The translations under genes were made by a program, and so were the position numbers. A DNA stretch of 64,000 bases from Bryobacterales bacterium. Lineage in GTDB: Bacteria; Acidobacteriota; Terriglobia; Bryobacterales; Bryobacteraceae. Positions 30,414 to 40,065 of this stretch are shown piece after piece. The stretch is from contig JADLCT010000097.1 in the NCBI GenBank assembly GCA_020847045.1, positions 48,709 to 112,708 of the forward strand. Direction: 5' to 3'. The notes beneath the pieces were generated by a model. The model was not told the DNA's origin and made no database searches. It was given only the letters and a program-made list of their open reading frames with translations. Within the stretch, counting starts at the first letter, position 1. Every line of letters starts with the position of its first letter.

Positions 30414-31595
30414 TCAGGCCTTGGTGAGGAAGATGGGCAGTCCGAGCTTGTGATTGTAGGTGGGGCGGTAGCGCTCGGTGTTGTACATGGTGTCCACGTC
30501 GACGCGGCGGGGTCCGAGGCGCGGATCGGGAATCGGCGAGAGGGCGTAGCAGCCGTTCACAATGGCGGTCATCAGGCCCGACTTGCCCTCACAAATGCAG
30601 TCGAAGGCCATGCCGGCGAAGGTGGAGGCGACCATCTTGTCGACGAAATCGGCCTCGCCCGAGCGCAGATCGTAGGTGAGGTCGCTGACGATGGTCTCCT
30701 CGCCGGTGGCCGCCTTCAGTTTGTCGGAGAAGACCTCGCCGACGTTCATCTTCTTGCGGTGGCCATAGGCGTCCTCGGCGCCGTAGTGCTGCACCTGGTA
30801 GCCCTGCCACTCGCTGCCCTCGCTCAGAACCACGAGCGCGTAATTGGAGGGGTTGTTGCGCTTGTCGTTCACCAGCAGGTCGATCATCTTGTCGAGATCG
30901 AACTTGTATTCGGGGATGCCGCAGCGGACGCTGGTGACGAAGGCCGTGTAGAGCGAGGTGTAACCGGCGTCGCGGCCAAAGACGCGGAAGATGCCGATGC
31001 GCTCATGCGAGCCGACCGTGGAGCGCTGGCGGTTGATGGCGTCCATGGCACGCGAAATGGCCGTCGAGAAGCCGATGCAGTACTCCGTGTTGCGGACGTC
31101 GTTGTCCATGGTCTTTGGAATCGCCACCACGGGCACGCCGGCGCTGTTCAGGTGGGCGGCGTAGGAGAGCGTGTCGTCGCCGCCAATGGCCACCAGGTAG
31201 TCGACGTTCAGTTCCTTCAGGTTCTTCTTCACCTGCTCGGTGACGTCATAGGTGACGGATTTCTTGCCGTCTTTTTCGACCTCTTTCCAGGGGAACTGCT
31301 GGCCTTGCAGGAAGGGCGGCAGCGCCTTCATCTTGACGGGGTTCGTGCGCGAGGAGTGCAGGAACGTGCCTCCGGTGCGGTCGATGGTGCGCGTGTTCTC
31401 GCGCGTGAGGTTCAGAACATAGCGGCTGCGGGAACCGGGATCGGCCAGATTGACGTGCGTGAGCCCTTCCCAACCGCGGCGGATGCCGGTTACTTCGAAG
31501 CCGGCCTCGGAGGCGCGGTAGGTAACGCCTTTGATGACAGAGTTGAGGCCCGGGACGTCTCCTCCGCCAGTGAGGATGCCGATGCGTTTTGCCAT
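30414..31595 (-). CDS. pfp: 6-phosphofructokinase, probably pyrophosphate-dependent
   Basis: IGILTGGGDVPGLN. GGDD (not GGDG) and PKTMDND (Lys, not Gly) are the residue pair classically associated with PPi rather than ATP specificity. Confidence 0.85.
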   Translation of the reverse strand: MAKRIGILTGGGDVPGLNSVIKGVTYRASEAGFEVTGIRRGWEGLTHVNLADPGSRSRYVLNLTRENTRTIDRTGGTFLHSSRTNPVKMKALPPFLQGQQFPWKEVEKDGKKSVTYDVTEQVKKNLKELNVDYLVAIGGDDTLSYAAHLNSAGVPVVAIPKTMDNDVRNTEYCIGFSTAISRAMDAINRQRSTVGSHERIGIFRVFGRDAGYTSLYTAFVTSVRCGIPEYKFDLDKMIDLLVNDKRNNPSNYALVVLSEGSEWQGYQVQHYGAEDAYGHRKKMNVGEVFSDKLKAATGEETIVSDLTYDLRSGEADFVDKMVASTFAGMAFDCICEGKSGLMTAIVNGCYALSPIPDPRLGPRRVDVDTMYNTERYRPTYNHKLGLPIFLTKA

Positions 31596-31713
31596 GATGA
31601 CTCCTGAATGTCCCTGAAAAGGGAGGATGAAACTACCAGTGTATCAAGGCGGGGAGGGTGCGCCCGGCGGAGGATCCTCCGGCGCGGCGCGGGCGGTCAG
31701 GTTGCGCGATCCT

Positions 31714-32139
31714 ATGCGGATGGACTATCGCATAGGCAACGAGCTCGATCTGGATCAGGTGATCGAACTCTACAGGGCCTCGACGCTCGGAGAGCGCCGG
31801 CCCGTCGATGACCGGAAACGGATGGAAACAATGCTGGCCGCGGCGAACCTGGTGATCACGGCGTGGGAGGACGGCGCGCTGGTAGGCATCGCGCGGTCGG
31901 TCACCGACGGCGTCTATTGCACCTACCTGTCGGACCTGGCCGTGCGGCTCACGCATCAGCGCCAGGGCATTGGCATGGAGTTGATGCGGCGCACGCAGGC
32001 GTCCGCACCGCAGGCCATGCTGATCCTGCTGGCGGCGCCGAAAGCGGTGGAGTATTATCCGCACGTGGGTTTCAGCCGGCACGAGAGTTGCTGGATTTTG
32101 AGGCCGGGCGAGATGATCGTCAAGGAGGCGTGCGTATGA
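31714..32139 (+). CDS. GNAT-family N-acetyltransferase
   Basis: LVGIARSVTDGVYCTYLSDLAVRLTHQRQGIGMELM is GNAT motif A (Q/RxxGxG/A). The start could be 31627, 31714 or 31720. Confidence 0.75.
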   Translation: MRMDYRIGNELDLDQVIELYRASTLGERRPVDDRKRMETMLAAANLVITAWEDGALVGIARSVTDGVYCTYLSDLAVRLTHQRQGIGMELMRRTQASAPQAMLILLAAPKAVEYYPHVGFSRHESCWILRPGEMIVKEACV

Positions 32140-32918
32140 ACCGGCGGACTATGACCGCGCTGCTAGCCGCGGGAGCGTTTACGTCCGCGGCGCAGGCGTC
32201 CGATGCCTGGACGAAGGATCCCGCCAGTTGGGATGAGCACGACGTCCAGAAGATATTGACCGATTCGCCGTGGGCGCGGAAGGTGCAAGTTGCTTTTGGC
32301 GGCGGAGGCGGTGTCGGCGGTATGGGCGGCGGCGGCATGAACGCCGATGCCGGCGCCGAGGGCGGATTGAGCGGTCCCGGCGGTGGTCCCGGCGGTGGCA
32401 TGGGCGGTGGCGGGCGGCGCGGCGGGGGCGGCATGGGCGCGGGCATGGGCGCGCAGGCACGGACCATCACCTACGTGGTGCGCTGGATGAGCGCGCTGCC
32501 CGTGAAGCAGGCCTTCGTGCTCGCCCGCCTGGGGAAGGAGGCCGGGGCCTCCGAGCAGGCCCGGCAGTACATCGCGCGGCAGGAGACGCACTACCTTGTG
32601 GCGGTTGTGGGGCCGGCGCGTGGCTCGGCGCAGGGCGGCGGCGGGAAGGCGGAACACACGGACCAGAAATTGGAGCAGCGGGCGGCATTGCTCCGCGAAA
32701 GCACGTCGCTGGCGCGCAAGGGCAAGCCGCCCCTGAGACCCGAATCGATTGAGATGCCGAAACCGGGCCAGGGCAGCTACTTGTTCCAATTCCCCAAGGC
32801 GGACCCGATTGTCGAGGCCGACAAGGACGTGGAGTTCGTCACGCGGATCGGTCCGTTCGAGATCAAGCGGAAATTCAAATTGAAGGAGATGATCTACCAG
32901 GGCGCGTTGGCGCTGTAG
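32136..32918 (+). CDS. Secreted protein with a long Gly/Met-rich low-complexity insert, unknown function
   Basis: ATGA overlap with the GNAT stop. Signal peptide MNRRTMTALLAAGAFTSAAQA. W-rich block WDEHDVQKILTDSPWARKV, then about 60 aa of GGGGxGGMGGGG-type sequence. Confidence 0.55.
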   Translation: MNRRTMTALLAAGAFTSAAQASDAWTKDPASWDEHDVQKILTDSPWARKVQVAFGGGGGVGGMGGGGMNADAGAEGGLSGPGGGPGGGMGGGGRRGGGGMGAGMGAQARTITYVVRWMSALPVKQAFVLARLGKEAGASEQARQYIARQETHYLVAVVGPARGSAQGGGGKAEHTDQKLEQRAALLRESTSLARKGKPPLRPESIEMPKPGQGSYLFQFPKADPIVEADKDVEFVTRIGPFEIKRKFKLKEMIYQGALAL

Positions 32919-33016
32919 CGCGTGAAGCGCGGTGGCGGCCATGCCCTGTGAAGAAATGCCACCACGGACTGACACAGCCGGAGACAGCGTTACGCAGAGC
33001 GTGGTGGGAGGACGCG

Positions 33017-34360
33017 ATGAAAACCACCGTACTGCTGGCCGCCGCGTTGACGGTTTGGAGCGCCGGATGCGTTCGCCGGAGCGCGGCCAACGGCGAGGCA
33101 GAAGGTGAGATTCGCGGTGTGCCCGTTGGAAGCCAGCCGCCGGCGGCCAACCTGCCAGGCGGGGGAAGCGAAGGAGGAGACGCTGCCCTTCCCCAACGGC
33201 GCGCGCCCGCCAATTACACATCGTCCGAAGGCCCAGGCGGCGCGGGCCGGCTGCTGCGCGCCACGTTCTCCGGCAACGCGCGCAGCGCGCAGATGGTGAT
33301 GACGGCACTGCTCGGCGGCCTGCGCGCGCAGTACTTCGACGGCAAGCTCGGCGTGACCGGCGCCGTGGCGAGCCAGGACGATCAGCGCTCGCAGGCGATG
33401 TTTCAAACGTCATTGGATTCGGCGCCAGTGGCCGGGTTGCTGGTTGTGGAACTCACGGAGGGCAACGGCCGCGCCACCGTATTGCTGGACACGGCGGCCC
33501 GGTTCCGCTCCTCGCTGCCGGCGCTGGCGCGCATGGCCGGCGGAGGAGGGGCGGGCGAAGCCCCTGCTGCCCGGCGGCAGATCCAGTGGGTGCAGCACCA
33601 GTTTCCCGACGGCAGCGGCGCCATTCAACTGCCTTCGGACTGGCGTATGCTGAGCGCGGCCAAAGGCGCGGTGGACGCCATGGGGCCGAACGGCGAGGCG
33701 ATCGGCCTGGGCGGTCCCTACCTGGTGAACACAAACTCCTGGTATGCGCAAAGCGGCTACCTGGTGGGTCCGTACATGAGGCCGGTGCAGGCACTCCAGT
33801 ATCTCTATCCGCAAATGGCCCGGCAGTCGGCGCGGCTTGGCTATCACAAACAGTTGGAGCGCATCCTCGAATCGCAGGAGTTCAGCGAGCAGGGCGTTCC
33901 GGCGGCCTACACGCTCTATGACGGAGTGCTGAACGGGCGCGCCTACCGCTGGTACGAGATGAGCACGACGCGCATGATCGACCAGTCGATGTGGATGTAC
34001 TACCAGTCCGTGGTGGGTGCGCCGAGGGAGAACTTCGCGCGGGAATTTGGCACGCTGCTGCAGATTTGGGGCACCTGGCAGATCAGCGGGCGTCTTATCG
34101 CCAGCCGTCTGCGCAGCGCTGTCGAGAGCATGAGGCAGGCCGGTGAAATCTACCGTTCGGCCAACCAGAGCGCCAGCGCCACCTACGACCGTACGAACCG
34201 GGCCTGGAGCCTCTACATTCGCGGCAACGAATTGGTGGAGCACATGCCGACAGGCGGACGCGGCGAGGTGGACCAGAACTACGCGCAAAAAATGGTGGAC
34301 GAGTTGAATCGCGCCGAAGGAGCGCAAACATGGCGCGTGGTGCCCATGCGGGACTACTGA
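33017..34360 (+). CDS. Lipoprotein, unknown function
   Basis: Lipobox LTVWSAGC after MKTTVLLAAA. 447 aa, no family recognised. Confidence 0.55.
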   Translation: MKTTVLLAAALTVWSAGCVRRSAANGEAEGEIRGVPVGSQPPAANLPGGGSEGGDAALPQRRAPANYTSSEGPGGAGRLLRATFSGNARSAQMVMTALLGGLRAQYFDGKLGVTGAVASQDDQRSQAMFQTSLDSAPVAGLLVVELTEGNGRATVLLDTAARFRSSLPALARMAGGGGAGEAPAARRQIQWVQHQFPDGSGAIQLPSDWRMLSAAKGAVDAMGPNGEAIGLGGPYLVNTNSWYAQSGYLVGPYMRPVQALQYLYPQMARQSARLGYHKQLERILESQEFSEQGVPAAYTLYDGVLNGRAYRWYEMSTTRMIDQSMWMYYQSVVGAPRENFAREFGTLLQIWGTWQISGRLIASRLRSAVESMRQAGEIYRSANQSASATYDRTNRAWSLYIRGNELVEHMPTGGRGEVDQNYAQKMVDELNRAEGAQTWRVVPMRDY

Positions 34361-34442
34361 CCGCCCGGAGAGTTCACTGCCCGGTGCGGCGCTGGCGCGC
34401 GAGCTCCGGTCCCGGTAGACTCAACATCGTAGGTACTACACG

Positions 34443-34886
34443 ATGACACACCGCTTCCCCGCCTTGATTCTTGCCGCCCTGACCATGACGGCGGCGCTGC
34501 CTGCCGCCGAACCCTGGACGGCCTCGGAACTGTTGCCGCCGGCGCATCTGGCCAAGCGGCTCACGGCGGGCGAAAAACCGCTGGTGATCTTCGTCGGGCC
34601 GCAGTATCTGTACCGCGCCAAGCACATTGCCGGCTCGCTCGACGGCGGCATGGCGTCCAAGCCGGAAGGCATCACGTCTCTGCTTGCGCTGGTGAAAGGC
34701 AAGGCGCCCGGCACGGAGATCATCCTCTATTGCGGCTGCTGCCCGATGAACGTGTGCCCGAACATCCGCCCGGCCGTGAAAGCATTGAAGAGCGCGGGGT
34801 TCACCAAGGTGCGCCTGCTCGAGTTGCCCACGCGTCTGGCGCAGGATTGGACTGAGAAAGGGTATCCGGCCGAGTCCTTGCGGTAA
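34443..34886 (+). CDS. Secreted rhodanese-like domain protein
   Basis: Signal peptide, and a Cys-loop block IILYCGCCPMNVCPN typical of single-domain rhodanese-like proteins. Confidence 0.6.
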   Translation: MTHRFPALILAALTMTAALPAAEPWTASELLPPAHLAKRLTAGEKPLVIFVGPQYLYRAKHIAGSLDGGMASKPEGITSLLALVKGKAPGTEIILYCGCCPMNVCPNIRPAVKALKSAGFTKVRLLELPTRLAQDWTEKGYPAESLR

Positions 34887-34892
34887 AACGCG

Positions 34893-36320
34893 TCAGATCT
34901 CGGTGGCGGCGCTCAGCGGGCGCTGGCGGATCTCGACGCAACCACGCCCGGTGGGCAGCACCTTGGCGGGGTTGAGCAGGCAATCGGGGTCGAACAAACG
35001 CTTCAGCGCGGCCATCATGCCGAGCGAATCGGGCGGGAACTGCTGGGCCATCAACTCCATTTTCTCCATGCCCACGCCGTGCTCGCCCGTGATGGAACCG
35101 CCGGCCGAGATGCAGAACTCGAGAATCGCCTCGCCGGCGTGCTGCGCCTTTTCGAGGTCGCCCGGTTTGCGCATGTCGAACAGGATGATGGGGTGCAGGT
35201 TGCCGTCGCCGGCGTGGAAGATGTTCGAGATGGTGAGGCCGAAGCGGGCCGAGGTTTCCCGGATGAATTCAAGCGCAGCCGGGATCTTGGTGCGCGGCAC
35301 CACGCCGTCCTGCACGTAGTAGAACGGGCTGACGCGCCCCACGGCGCCGAAGGCGTTCTTGCGGCCCTTCCACAGCAGGTCGCGCTCTTCGGCCGAACGC
35401 GCAATGCGGAATTCGCGCGCGCCGCACTCGCCGCACACCTCGCGAATCTGTCCGGCCTGCTCCTCCACCTGCTCGCGCAGCCCTTCCAATTCGATCAGCA
35501 GCACGGCCTCGGCGTCCATGGGAAAGCCGGCCCGCGTCGCCTCCTCCACCATCCGCAGCATGACGCCATCGAGCATCTCCACGGCGACCGGCGTGATGGC
35601 GCGCGCCGTGATGCCGGAGACGGCGCGGCCGCAACTGGTAGCCGAATCAAAAATCACCAGAATTGTTTTCACCGCCTCGGGCATGCGCATCAGCCGCACG
35701 GTCACCTCGGTGATCAACGCCATGGTTCCTTCCGAGCCCGTGAACAGCCCGGTGAGATCGTAACCCGGCGCGTCGGTGGCCATGCCGCCCGTGCGGACAA
35801 TCTCGCCGTTGGCGAGCACCATCTCGACGCCGGTCACATGATTGGTCGTCACGCCGTAGGCGAGCGTGTGCGGTCCGCCCGCGTTTTCGGCCACGTTGCC
35901 GCCGATGGTGCAGGCCCGCTGCGAAGAAGGGTCGGGCGCGTAGAAGAAACGCTCGCGCGCCACGGCGTTCGACATCTCCAGGTTCACAACGCCCGGCTGC
36001 ACGCGCATCCGCTCATTCGGCAGGTCGATTTCGAGGATGCGGTTCATGCGCGCAAAAGCGATCATCAGGCCGCCCCGGCGCGGTATGGCGCCGCCCGATA
36101 GCCCCGTGCCCGCGCCGCGCCCGGTGATGGGCAGGCCATGGCGTGCGGCGGCGCGCACGAGTTGGGAAACCTGTTCGGCGCTGGAGGGAAAAACAACCAT
36201 CTCCGGACGCGCCTTGTCCACTCCGCCGTCGTACTCGTACAGCGTCAGGTCCTCGGGCCGCGTCAGGGCATGGCGCGAACCGACGATCGAGGCAAGCTCC
36301 TCGCGGGCGGCGCCGCTCAT
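34893..36320 (-). CDS. glcD: FAD-linked oxidase, GlcD-like (glycolate/D-lactate oxidase subunit)
   Basis: FAD-binding PCMH domain (VVFPSSAEQVSQLVRAAARHGLPITGRGAGTGLSGGA) and a C-terminal FHAGDGNLHP block. Start is ATG 36320 or 36389. The longer ORF-track start would overlap the divergent M28 gene. Confidence 0.85.
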   Translation of the reverse strand: MSGAAREELASIVGSRHALTRPEDLTLYEYDGGVDKARPEMVVFPSSAEQVSQLVRAAARHGLPITGRGAGTGLSGGAIPRRGGLMIAFARMNRILEIDLPNERMRVQPGVVNLEMSNAVARERFFYAPDPSSQRACTIGGNVAENAGGPHTLAYGVTTNHVTGVEMVLANGEIVRTGGMATDAPGYDLTGLFTGSEGTMALITEVTVRLMRMPEAVKTILVIFDSATSCGRAVSGITARAITPVAVEMLDGVMLRMVEEATRAGFPMDAEAVLLIELEGLREQVEEQAGQIREVCGECGAREFRIARSAEERDLLWKGRKNAFGAVGRVSPFYYVQDGVVPRTKIPAALEFIRETSARFGLTISNIFHAGDGNLHPIILFDMRKPGDLEKAQHAGEAILEFCISAGGSITGEHGVGMEKMELMAQQFPPDSLGMMAALKRLFDPDCLLNPAKVLPTGRGCVEIRQRPLSAATEI

Positions 36321-36403
36321 CGCGGACGTGGATGCGGGAGTTGTGGCCACGAGGGGATTGTAACAGCCGGGCGTGGCCTGGTCCCTCATGCTACCCTGCG
36401 CCC

Positions 36404-38026
36404 ATGCGGATTCTTGCGGGTTTGCTTGCGGCCGGGGCTTTGTGGGCGCAGAGCCGCGCTCCGGAAATCGAGTCGATACAGCGGAACGAAATGAAGGCCG
36501 ACCTGTTCTTTCTTGCCTCCGACGAGATGCGCGGCCGTCTGACGAACACACCGGAGTACCGCCTGGCCGCCGAATGGATTCTCTCGCGCTTCCGCCGCCT
36601 GGGTCTGGCCCCGGCGGGCGATGACGGCGAGTACGCGCAGGAGTTCGAGCTGGTCTACGGCCGACTGGGCGAGGGAAACCGGCTGAGTGTGGGGCCTCGC
36701 GAGGCTCGCCGGGCGGCGCGGCTGCATGATGAGTTTTCGCCCGTGCTGGCTTCGGCCAATGGCGAGGTGCGCGCGCAGGCCGTTTTTGCCGGCTTCGGCG
36801 TCACAGCGCCGCAGTGGAACTGGGACGACTATCGCGACGCCAGCGTGAAGGGCAAGGTCGTCATCGTGCTGGAAGGCGACCCGCAGGAAGAGGACCCCAA
36901 AAGCGTGTTCGAGGGAGTGGTGACGTCGGAGTATGCCAGTTCCTGGCGAAAAATCATGACCGCGCAGGAACACGGCGCAGCTGGTGTTTTGCTGGTGCCC
37001 GGCGATGGTCCGGGCGGGCGCAAACGCGCCTTCGCCACAATCGCCGGAGCGGACTGGCCCGCCACGCCGCCGCGGATCGAACGCTATGACCTGGCTTCCC
37101 GCGTGAATCAGGTGCGCATACCGGCGCTGCGCGTGTGCGAACCGCTGGCCGCGCAGATTCTGGGCCAGCCGCTGGCGCCGCTGCGCGAGAAAGCCAACCG
37201 CCAGGCGGGTTCCGCGCTGGCCGAGGGCCGCGAAGAGGTGGACATGGCGGCGGCGGTGACGCGCACCACCATCGTCGAGCGAAACCTGCTGGCCAAAATC
37301 GAAGGCGACGGCCCGCGCAAGGACGAGGCCGTCATCATCTCCGCGCATCACGATCATGACGGCGCCGACGGAAGCCAGGTGCTCAATGGCGCCGACGACA
37401 ACGGCTCTGGCACCGTGGCGCTGCTGGACATCGCCGAAGCCTATGCGCTGGCGGCGCACGCCGGCAAGCGTCCCGGCCGCACGGTGATCTTCGCTCTCTG
37501 GGGCTCGGAGGAGCGCGGTTTACTGGGATCCTATGCGTGGCTGCAGCGCCCGCTGTGGCCCATCACCAAGACCGTGGCGGCGCTGAACATGGACATGATC
37601 GGGCGCAGCGAGGAGGTGCCCGAACACGGCGGCCGCCGCTTCTTCGGCCTGAAACCGCAACAGGCCGCCGCCAACGCCAACAGCGTGCACATCATGGGCT
37701 ACAGCTTCACGCCCGGCCTGGCCGCCATTGTGAAGCAGGCCAACCGCGAAATCGACCTCAATCTACGCATGGACTACGACAACACGCGCAGCAACCTGGT
37801 GCGGCGCAGTGACCAGTGGCCGTTTCTGATGGGCAGCGTGCCGGCCGTCTTTTTCCACACCGGCCTGCATCCGGACTACCACCGCTCGGGCGACCGGCCG
37901 GAAAAGATCGAATACGCGAAGATGGAGCGCATCGCCCGGCTCGTGTATCAAACCAGTTGGGACCTGGCCAACAACCCGGGCAGGCCAGCCATGGCCTCGC
38001 CGCGTGTGATTCCGCCGGAGCCGTGA
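36404..38026 (+). CDS. M28-family aminopeptidase with PA domain
   Basis: Signal peptide MRILAGLLAAGALWAQS. Zinc-site blocks ISAHHDHDG, GADDNGSGTVALLDIAEA, WGSEERGLLGS, and HPDYHRSGD. Confidence 0.85.
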   Translation: MRILAGLLAAGALWAQSRAPEIESIQRNEMKADLFFLASDEMRGRLTNTPEYRLAAEWILSRFRRLGLAPAGDDGEYAQEFELVYGRLGEGNRLSVGPREARRAARLHDEFSPVLASANGEVRAQAVFAGFGVTAPQWNWDDYRDASVKGKVVIVLEGDPQEEDPKSVFEGVVTSEYASSWRKIMTAQEHGAAGVLLVPGDGPGGRKRAFATIAGADWPATPPRIERYDLASRVNQVRIPALRVCEPLAAQILGQPLAPLREKANRQAGSALAEGREEVDMAAAVTRTTIVERNLLAKIEGDGPRKDEAVIISAHHDHDGADGSQVLNGADDNGSGTVALLDIAEAYALAAHAGKRPGRTVIFALWGSEERGLLGSYAWLQRPLWPITKTVAALNMDMIGRSEEVPEHGGRRFFGLKPQQAAANANSVHIMGYSFTPGLAAIVKQANREIDLNLRMDYDNTRSNLVRRSDQWPFLMGSVPAVFFHTGLHPDYHRSGDRPEKIEYAKMERIARLVYQTSWDLANNPGRPAMASPRVIPPEP

Positions 38027-38030
38027 GCGG

Positions 38031-38564
38031 CTACAGCAGGCCTTCGATGAAACTCGCCAGATTCGGATCGGCCCAGTTCGTGCCGCCGATGATCTTCTGC
38101 ACCACCTTGCCTTCGCGGTTGATCACATAGCTTTCGGGGTAGACATAGGTGCCGAAACTGTCGCTGATTCTGGCTTCAGGGTCGCGCGTGGTGAGGAAGC
38201 TCACGTTGAAACGGCGCAGGAAATTTTCATAGTTCTTCTGCGACTTGTCCACCGAGATGCCCAGCACCACCACGCCCTTGTCGCGATACTGGTTGGCGAA
38301 GGCGGCCATCGAAGGAGTCTCCTGCACACACGGCGGGCACCATGTGGCCCAAAAATTTACAATCAACACCTTGCCGCCGAACTGCGTGGGCGTAACCGTT
38401 AAGCCGTTGTCGGCACGGACGGTGAAATCGGGCGCCTGGTCGCCGCGCTGAATCACGCGGTCGCGCAACGAATCGGCCACCGCCGCCGTGAGCGCGAGCA
38501 GCGAAATCGCCAGGATGCCCGTCAGAATGCGGTCATGCTTTCCGTTTGCCATGGAAGTTATCAT
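38031..38564 (-). CDS. TlpA-family thiol:disulfide oxidoreductase
   Basis: N-terminal membrane anchor and NFWATWCPPC thioredoxin motif. Confidence 0.85.
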   Translation of the reverse strand: MITSMANGKHDRILTGILAISLLALTAAVADSLRDRVIQRGDQAPDFTVRADNGLTVTPTQFGGKVLIVNFWATWCPPCVQETPSMAAFANQYRDKGVVVLGISVDKSQKNYENFLRRFNVSFLTTRDPEARISDSFGTYVYPESYVINREGKVVQKIIGGTNWADPNLASFIEGLL

Positions 38565-38614
38565 TTTAGCTGGAATCGAACTGGGCGGTTCATCATCTAA
38601 TTAGTACTGGGATT

Positions 38615-39040
38615 ATGTTGATCACGCGTAAAGCCGGGTTTTCGGCGTCGCACTGTACCGCTCGTCCCGACTGGAGCGCCGAACGTAACGCCGAGGTCTA
38701 TGGCGAATCGGCGAATCCGCACGGACATGGGCACAACTATGAGCTCGAGGTAACACTGAGCGGCGAGCCCGACCCGGTCACCGGCATGGTGATGGACCTG
38801 AAAGAGCTGAAGGGGATTCTAAACGAAGAGGTGGTTCACCCCTTCGACCACCGGCACTTGAATCACGAAGTGCCTCCGTTTGACCGGGTTGTTCCCACGA
38901 CGGAGAACGTGGCGCGCGAGATCTGGCGGCGTCTGGCGCGGCGGTTCCAAGACGGCCCGCCCGGCGTGCGTCTGCACAACGTGCGCTTATGGGAAACCGC
39001 GGACGTGTACGTGGATTACGGCGGCGAGGACGAAAGATGA
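38615..39040 (+). CDS. 6-pyruvoyl-tetrahydropterin synthase/QueD-family protein, paralog 1 (catalytic Cys replaced by Ser)
   Basis: FSASH and GESANPHGHGHNYELEV (the mammalian PTPS block is GKCNNPNGHGHNY). The FDHRHLN Asp-His dyad and TTENVA are retained. Confidence 0.8.
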   Translation: MLITRKAGFSASHCTARPDWSAERNAEVYGESANPHGHGHNYELEVTLSGEPDPVTGMVMDLKELKGILNEEVVHPFDHRHLNHEVPPFDRVVPTTENVAREIWRRLARRFQDGPPGVRLHNVRLWETADVYVDYGGEDER

Positions 39041-39450
39041 GGCTGACCAGGCGTTACCGGTTTGCCGCCTCCCACCGCCTGCACGCGCCATCGTTAAGCG
39101 AGGAGGCCAACCGTGAACTCTACGGCAAATGCAACAACCCCTACGGGCACGGACACGACTTCATCCTGGAGGTGCGCGTGCGCGGCCGGGTGGACGCGCG
39201 TACGGGGCTAGTGGTCGATCAGGGAGCCCTGGACGCACTTGTGCGGCGGAGCGTGCTCGACAGCTTTCATATGAAGGATCTGAACACGCAGGTGGAGGCG
39301 TTCGCGCGCGAGGTGCCAACGTCGGAAAACGTGGCTAAGGAAGCGCGCAGACGGTTGAGCGGCGCCTGGCGCGAGACGTTTGGCGAAAACGGCGCGGAGT
39401 TGGATGCCGTGCGCATTCTGGAAACCAGCAAGAATGAGTTTGAAGCATAA
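39037..39450 (+). CDS. 6-pyruvoyl-tetrahydropterin synthase/QueD-family protein, paralog 2 (Cys present, Asp-His dyad replaced)
   Basis: ATGA overlap with paralog 1. FAASHRLH and GKCNNPYGHGHDF are present. The dyad position reads FHMKDLN instead of LDHKNLD. TSENVA is present. Confidence 0.85.
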   Translation: MRLTRRYRFAASHRLHAPSLSEEANRELYGKCNNPYGHGHDFILEVRVRGRVDARTGLVVDQGALDALVRRSVLDSFHMKDLNTQVEAFAREVPTSENVAKEARRRLSGAWRETFGENGAELDAVRILETSKNEFEA

Positions 39451-39459
39451 GGAACGAGT

Positions 39460-40065
39460 ATGAAGAGGAATGCCGTGGTGAAGGTGATCAGTCCGTCCCG
39501 GGAATGCGGCTCCATTGCCGAGGCGATGGAGAACGTGCTGCGGAACCTGGGCGAAGACCCTTCGCGCGAAGGGCTGCTGCGAACGCCTGAGCGCAGCGAG
39601 AAGGCTCTGAAGTTCCTGTTAAGCGGCTATGAGCAGAGCATCGAGAAGATCGTCAACGGCGCGCTGTTCCATGTCAAGACCGACGAAATGGTGATCGTAA
39701 AGGACATCGAGTTTTATAGCCTCTGCGAACACCATATGCTGCCCTTCTTCGGCAAGATGCACGTGGCCTATCTGCCGAAGGACCGGGTGATCGGGCTGAG
39801 CAAGATTCCCCGCATCGTGGACGTGTTCGCCCGGCGGCTACAGGTGCAGGAGCGGCTGACGCAGCAGGTGGCCGATGCGATCGAGGAGATCTGCGCGCCT
39901 CGCGGCGTGGGCGTCATCTGCGAAGCGCGCCACTTCTGCATGATGATGCGCGGCGTGCAAAAGCAGAACAGCTCCACCACCACCAGCGCCATGCGTGGGG
40001 CCTTCAAGCGCGCGCGCGAAACACGGCAGGAGTTTCTGAGCCTGGTGCACAAGAACCTGGCTTGA
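39460..40065 (+). CDS. folE: GTP cyclohydrolase I (type 1)
   Basis: [42 protein letters not shown], and HFCMMMRGV. Confidence 0.93.
   Translation: MKRNAVVKVISPSRECGSIAEAMENVLRNLGEDPSREGLLRTPERSEKALKFLLSGYEQSIEKIVNGALFHVKTDEMVIVKDIEFYSLCEHHMLPFFGKMHVAYLPKDRVIGLSKIPRIVDVFARRLQVQERLTQQVADAIEEICAPRGVGVICEARHFCMMMRGVQKQNSSTTTSAMRGAFKRARETRQEFLSLVHKNLA

Noticed and set aside
32280-32460. GC-rich repetitive DNA that could look like a tandem repeat or array.
   Set aside because: It is in-frame Gly/Met-rich low-complexity coding sequence of the secreted protein. It has no regular repeat-spacer architecture. I saw no CRISPR-like array anywhere in the window.
36143-36403. 87-codon N-terminal extension of the M28 peptidase ORF.
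   Set aside because: The extension is Arg-rich and overlaps the divergent glcD gene. A clean signal peptide starts at the ATG at 36404.
38565-38614. preQ1 or THF riboswitch upstream of the PTPS-PTPS-folE operon.
   Set aside because: The intergenic region is only 50 nt and I recognised no conserved riboswitch core.
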